Virus record (IMG/VR): IMGVR_UViG_3300025845_000008
Location: 1 to 64,000 of that record
Direction: 5' to 3' (one strand)
DNA: 64,000 nucleotides
Origin: an uncultured virus (IMG/VR IMGVR_UViG_3300025845_000008)
Taxonomy: Duplodnaviria > Heunggongvirae > Uroviricota > Caudoviricetes
Each line of letters opens with the position of its first letter. Position 1 is the stretch's first letter. Shown in pieces: positions 59,538-64,000 of this stretch. The notes beneath the pieces are model-generated. The model saw nothing but the letters and a program-made list of their open reading frames with translations, was not told the DNA's origin and searched no databases. The translations under genes and the position numbers were made by a program.

Positions 59538-59878
59538 TAATGACAGATAATGTGAGTTGTGACGTATGTGGTGCCACAGAAGACATTGAGTGTGAGATTC
59601 TATTGAAAGGTGAACAGGTAGATAGAATTTATCACCTATGTCCTGAACATTGGATTAAGGTTTACAGGAAAACTTTGGAAGATTTTTTGGAAGCAAACGA
59701 GTATAAATGTAATTCGTATATTAAAATGGCGGTGGACAAGTTGATTTCTGATGCAGTAACCAGTACAAAAATTAAGCAATTTTCCGATGAAGATGGTTTG
59801 GTTGATGTTGCACGTCTTGACCCACAAGAACTAAGAAGATTGCGTCCATATGAAATTGATGATGAGGATGATATATGA
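59528..59878 (+). CDS. hypothetical Zn-finger-like protein
   Basis: CDVC...LCPEH. Confidence 0.6.
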   Translation: MGLIMTDNVSCDVCGATEDIECEILLKGEQVDRIYHLCPEHWIKVYRKTLEDFLEANEYKCNSYIKMAVDKLISDAVTSTKIKQFSDEDGLVDVARLDPQELRRLRPYEIDDEDDI

Positions 59879-60378
59879 GTAATTATCATAAACATGCAAT
59901 AGAGGAAATGAAGAGGATAGGATTCAGGTTTGTTGAAGATGGCTATCCAATTCAAGACCCAAATGAAGAATTTGATGTGAATGCGGAAATGGCTATGTGT
60001 GTCTTGGATATTCTTGATGTGTTTGGTAAACAAGGTCATTCAGGTATGTCAGCGTCATATTGTTTGCAGATTCTTGAGAAGGTCATGAAGTTTGAGCCTA
60101 TAACACCCCTAACAGGTGATGATGATGAGTGGAATTGTATTGCTGATGAACGTACCAATGGTGAAGAGATTTATCAAAATAAGCGATGTTCACACGTTTT
60201 CAAAAGGAACGGACAAGCGTATGATATAGATGGTAAGGTGTTTTGGGAATGGTATACTGATGGGGTAACTGGCGAGAGACATAAAACTTATTATACCTGT
60301 TCAGAGAGTCATGTAGACATAGAGTTTCCGTATACACCAACAAGAGTTGAAGAATATATGGAGAGTGGTTGTGAGTGA
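59875..60378 (+). CDS. conserved phage hypothetical protein
   Basis: QGHSGMSA, PITPLTGDDDEW, YQNKRCSHVFK. Confidence 0.7.
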   Translation: MSNYHKHAIEEMKRIGFRFVEDGYPIQDPNEEFDVNAEMAMCVLDILDVFGKQGHSGMSASYCLQILEKVMKFEPITPLTGDDDEWNCIADERTNGEEIYQNKRCSHVFKRNGQAYDIDGKVFWEWYTDGVTGERHKTYYTCSESHVDIEFPYTPTRVEEYMESGCE

Positions 60379-60562
60379 AGATGTTCAAGTATTTAAAATA
60401 TGTGACAACGAAGGATCAACAGTTTATCTTGAGCATGACGAAAATGTTATGAGAATACTGCAAGGTTTTGTTGACTGGGCCGAACCAAAACAAAAAATGA
60501 TCGTTGAGGTTGTCGTGGTATCCAGAGAAGATTTGAATAAATTGCCAAGGAGTATGATCTAA
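60347..60562 (+). CDS. hypothetical protein (start uncertain)
   Basis: short ORF abutting gp46. Confidence 0.45.
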   Translation: MKNIWRVVVSEDVQVFKICDNEGSTVYLEHDENVMRILQGFVDWAEPKQKMIVEVVVVSREDLNKLPRSMI

Positions 60563-62778
60563 TGGGCAAAATAAACGTTGATAAGGTTGAATTAAAAAAT
60601 TTCCTGTCATATGGGAATCAGTGGACAGTTTTTGATTTCCAGACAGGAATTAACGTTGTTCTTGGTCACGATAAAGATAAAGAACGATCAAATGGTGCTG
60701 GTAAGACCAGTTTTCTAGAGGCTATTCCCTTTGCTCTGTTTGGTCAGATTAATAAAGGTATATCATTACCGAAAATTGTGAATTGGCGAAACGGTAAACA
60801 ATGTGAGGTAAAACTTCACTTCCGTAAGGATGGTGTGTCTTACATGATCCACCGTGGAATTAAGCCCGGAATCTTAACATTGTTTAAAGATGGTGTTGAG
60901 GTTCCAAAATTATCCGATAAGAGGTTGTTTCAGGCAGAACTTGAAGATGATTTGATTGGTATGGACTTTAAAGCCGCACAAGCACTCTTGTTTCAGAATG
61001 CTAATAACATGGTTTCGATGTTTAATACTCCAAAGGCAGACAAACGTAGATTTGTTGAGAAGTTCTTTAATCTTGAGATTTATTCTAAGGCAACAGAGGT
61101 CACCAATAAGAAGCTGAAAGGTGTTGATGACAAGATTTCAGAGATTAGGGTAGATGTGTCATATAAACAGAAGTCAATAGATGACCTCACCGCTAAGATA
61201 GAGTCATTTGTGGCACCTGATTTGGATGTATATCAAGGTAAAGTGGTATCTATTCAAACATTATATGACACATTCACGGAAAATAATCCAGACCTTGAAG
61301 AACGTTTGAAAAATTTAAACAATTTATGCACAGAGTTGACCAAGAAGCGAGATGAACTGAATACTAAGGTTTCAAAAACCAAAGAGAAGCTTGGTGATGT
61401 GCGTCTTGAGGTTCGAGCATTAGAAACGGAAGCAACAACGAAACGTCAGCGTATAGAAAAGATCGGTGATTTATCGGAACAGACAGATAAACTTATTAGG
61501 GTTAAGAGTGAGTTAATTAAGCTTTCAGACCTTAATAGAGAACCCACTAAAACTGAAATTGATAATCTTCTTGATGAATTGGGTAAACAAAAACAACTTC
61601 TAACGGAATGTAATACTTACATTCGCCAATACAAGAATGAGATTGAAAGCTTTGAAAATATGGAGACAACATCTGAATCGGTATGTCCCACTTGTTTTCA
61701 AGAAGTTGATCATGAACATATTAAAAACCATATCGAGTCACAAGTTGCGGGACTGAAACAAGAATTAGTTATTAAAAATGGTCATTTGTCTAACATTGAA
61801 GAGAATATCATCGAACTTAGCCACAAACACAAAGAAAAAAGTGATCTTCTTGATGGTATAAACTATAAGATTGAACAAAAAAATAAGTTAGAACAAGCAC
61901 TTGCAAAACTATCAGGTGTTGAAGAAAAAGAGATAGAACTATCAGAGTTAAAAGTTCGTATTGATGAGATTGACACAGTTATTCTACCAGAGTATCGTGA
62001 TAAAGAATCTGCGTTGGTTGCTCAGATTGAAGCGGAAGATCTGGAATATAAGGATTCATTACTTGAAGTTAACAATAACAATGCACTTATTGATAAATGT
62101 AAAGACACTATAAGAGAACGAGATAAGTTGTTGAATGAACTTGATACTGCTACGAGTATCCTTGATAATCAAAAGGAAATCCATGACAGGTTGATTGGTG
62201 AAAATGAAGCAAATATTGCGACTAAAGTAAAACTTGAGTCCGAGATTGTATCTACCCAAGCCGAAGTTAGAAAATTAGAAATAATGAAGGATTACCTAGA
62301 GCATATCAAGTTCACCTTAAAAGACGAGAATGTTAAACAATATGCTATTAGTAGTATTATCCCGTACTTACAGCAACAGATGAACCATTATCTCTCCGAG
62401 ACAGGGAATTACTACGTTGAGTTGGATAACTGGTTGGACGGAACGATTAAAGGTTTTGGTGTCGGTGAATGTGACTTTGGAAATATGTCAGGTGGAGAGG
62501 GTAAGTCTATTGACCTCGCGTTAAAATTCGCTATGATGGATGTTGCACGTAGACAAGCTGGATCATATCTTGATATTCTAGTACTAGATGAACTATTGGA
62601 CAGTTCTATAGATAGTCATGGTTTAGATAAAATGATGGATATTGTCAGAATGAAACAAAGAGAAGACAACTTGAAGGTCTTTATCGTCTCTCATAGAGAG
62701 GAAGTTGCATCTTTTGATGCCGACAGAACATTTGTTGTGGAAAAAGAGCAAGGAATGTCCAATATTAGGGAATTATAA
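60562..62778 (+). CDS. gp46: recombination endonuclease ATPase subunit (Rad50/SbcC-like)
   Basis: LKNFLSYG, NGAGKT Walker A, CPTC hook, MSGGEG signature, LVLDE Walker B. Confidence 0.95.
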   Translation: MGKINVDKVELKNFLSYGNQWTVFDFQTGINVVLGHDKDKERSNGAGKTSFLEAIPFALFGQINKGISLPKIVNWRNGKQCEVKLHFRKDGVSYMIHRGIKPGILTLFKDGVEVPKLSDKRLFQAELEDDLIGMDFKAAQALLFQNANNMVSMFNTPKADKRRFVEKFFNLEIYSKATEVTNKKLKGVDDKISEIRVDVSYKQKSIDDLTAKIESFVAPDLDVYQGKVVSIQTLYDTFTENNPDLEERLKNLNNLCTELTKKRDELNTKVSKTKEKLGDVRLEVRALETEATTKRQRIEKIGDLSEQTDKLIRVKSELIKLSDLNREPTKTEIDNLLDELGKQKQLLTECNTYIRQYKNEIESFENMETTSESVCPTCFQEVDHEHIKNHIESQVAGLKQELVIKNGHLSNIEENIIELSHKHKEKSDLLDGINYKIEQKNKLEQALAKLSGVEEKEIELSELKVRIDEIDTVILPEYRDKESALVAQIEAEDLEYKDSLLEVNNNNALIDKCKDTIRERDKLLNELDTATSILDNQKEIHDRLIGENEANIATKVKLESEIVSTQAEVRKLEIMKDYLEHIKFTLKDENVKQYAISSIIPYLQQQMNHYLSETGNYYVELDNWLDGTIKGFGVGECDFGNMSGGEGKSIDLALKFAMMDVARRQAGSYLDILVLDELLDSSIDSHGLDKMMDIVRMKQREDNLKVFIVSHREEVASFDADRTFVVEKEQGMSNIREL

Positions 62779-62840
62779 TGGGTGTGGATAAAAAGACCAT
62801 AGATGCAAAAAAATGTTGAGTGGGAGGATCTATTTGAGAT

Positions 62841-63106
62841 ATGAATAACTTCAAGAATGAAGATGATTGGGATTTTTTTTTAATAACATCTTTGATAGTT
62901 ACACAGAAGATGATTGGGGGATAATAGATAAAGTTGAGTATGGTAGCTGTTGTCTTAGAGAGTCACCGTTTGTCTCTATTGAGGGTATTCAGAAACAAAT
63001 TGACAGTATCGAGTGTCCAACTGCTTTGGTATACTATGTACTTGTTGAAAATGGGGAAGTGTACATAAAACATCGTGCATTGGAGGTAGAATTATATCAT
63101 GAGTGA
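62841..63106 (+). CDS. hypothetical protein, frameshift at T9 run
   Basis: ATG 62841 after GGGAGG; T9 (62873-62881) shifts into ORF 62867-63106. Confidence 0.4.
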
Positions 63107-63260
63107 AGAAGAGAGATTATTAAGAGAGTTGATGTATACAATACGAATTGCACATCTTGATATGTCAGGAAAACACAGATATGCTCTTAACCACAAATCA
63201 CATCATTTGATTAATGAAATTAAAATTTATCTTTATGAGAAGGATACGAAAAAAGAGTGA
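63099..63260 (+). CDS. hypothetical 53-aa protein
   Basis: GGAGG RBS; MSEEERLLRELMYTIRIAHLD. Confidence 0.5.
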   Translation: MSEEERLLRELMYTIRIAHLDMSGKHRYALNHKSHHLINEIKIYLYEKDTKKE

Positions 63261-63418
63261 GTTCTACCAATAGAGGTGGTGCTACTGACTCCATTGAATA
63301 TCAACATTGTGTATGACAAAAAGGGTATCATCCAGAATTTACATAATTAAAGATTTTATGGGGATTGTATTAACAAACAATCTATTTTTTGGTATTATGG
63401 TTTTGAGAGGATAGAATA

Positions 63419-63685
63419 ATGTATACAGCACTGTATTTACCCGCAAGTTATGACTATGACCCTACACGATCAGGATTTATTTCAGAAGATAAAGCTATTG
63501 ATTTTGTTGTAAAAAATCACCTATGTCATTGCTGTGAAGATGAGGGGTGGGGGTCTGCGTGTGCATCAGAATGGATTATTATCAAAACCGATGAAATGGG
63601 AATGTGTGAGACTGTCGGTGATATTTTTGATGCAGCAGGATATACGAGAGTGGAAAACTGTCTTGATGTTAAGGATCGCGAATGA
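63419..63685 (+). CDS. hypothetical protein
   Basis: 88 aa, CHCC..CASEW, GAGG RBS. Confidence 0.6.
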   Translation: MYTALYLPASYDYDPTRSGFISEDKAIDFVVKNHLCHCCEDEGWGSACASEWIIIKTDEMGMCETVGDIFDAAGYTRVENCLDVKDRE

Positions 63686-64000
63686 AATGTGTAATTGCCG
63701 GAAGTAGAGATTTAGGAACTTATCGTGATAAGGAAAATCGAAGAATTCAGATGTCTTTGATCGATTGTCCTTGGTTTGAAGAGGCCATGGGACAGTTTGA
63801 TTGGAAAGACCGTATCACAGAAATAGTTAGCGGTGCTGCACTTGGTGTTGACACTTTGGGTGAACAATATGCCGATAAGTATGGTATAGAGAAAAGTATT
63901 TTTCCTGCTAAATGGTCAGAATTTGGTCGTCGAGCAGGATCGCTTCGTAATGAAGATATGGCAAAGTATGCAGATGTGGCAGTTGTCATGATGGTCAAAG
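63682..64000 (+). CDS. SLOG family (YspA/DUF2493-like) protein, truncated by window end
   Basis: manual translation MKCVIAGSRD...EIVSGAALGVDTLGEQYA...FPAKWSEFGRRAGSLRNEDMAKYAD. Confidence 0.8.
   Translation, partial: MKCVIAGSRDLGTYRDKENRRIQMSLIDCPWFEEAMGQFDWKDRITEIVSGAALGVDTLGEQYADKYGIEKSIFPAKWSEFGRRAGSLRNEDMAKYADVAVVMMVK

Noticed and set aside
63747..63998. Minus-strand 83-aa ORF
   Set aside because: Antisense to the recognisable SLOG-family gene on the + strand
1..64000. Stop-codon reassignment
   Set aside because: Core genes are full length in code 11 and end with TAA, TAG or TGA; the breaks are frameshifts, not in-frame stops
1..64000. tRNA, rRNA, introns, inteins, homing endonucleases
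   Set aside because: None recognised by eye; tRNAscan/Infernal would be needed to exclude them

Overview
A 64-kb segment of a large T4-like myovirus genome; essentially all credible genes are on the + strand. The first ~32 kb is a virion morphogenesis module: gp13/gp14 neck, gp15, gp3-like, gp18 sheath, gp19 tube, gp26/gp51-like, tape measure, gp48/54-like, gp53, hub, gp5, PAAR, gp25, gp6, a 2536-aa gp7-like protein, fibre-like proteins and a GT2 glycosyltransferase. Next come the late sigma factor gp55 and, ~24.5 kb later, the gp47/gp46 recombination nuclease genes. Between gp55 and gp47, two tail-fibre-like genes flank a tightly packed ~17-kb operon that starts at a perfect T4 late promoter (TATAAATA). 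It encodes nine radical SAM enzymes (at least two with SPASM-like C-termini, one B12-dependent), a 356-aa protein with 26 tandem CxCxC-N-[Y/H] repeats (~83 Cys), an amidinotransferase, a DegT/StrS aminotransferase, a sulfotransferase-like protein, a PP-loop protein and three glycosyltransferase-like proteins. This is the best candidate for an undescribed system: a phage-encoded, RiPP-like plus glycan pathway that I infer decorates virion or fibre proteins. Other points: a likely -1 programmed frameshift (T TTT TTC) joining the gp26- and gp51-like ORFs just upstream of the tape measure gene, a promoter/terminator switch before gp47, shared modules inserted in structural proteins, and several homopolymer frameshifts that may be sequencing errors. 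All family assignments come from motif recognition and gene order; no searches were run.
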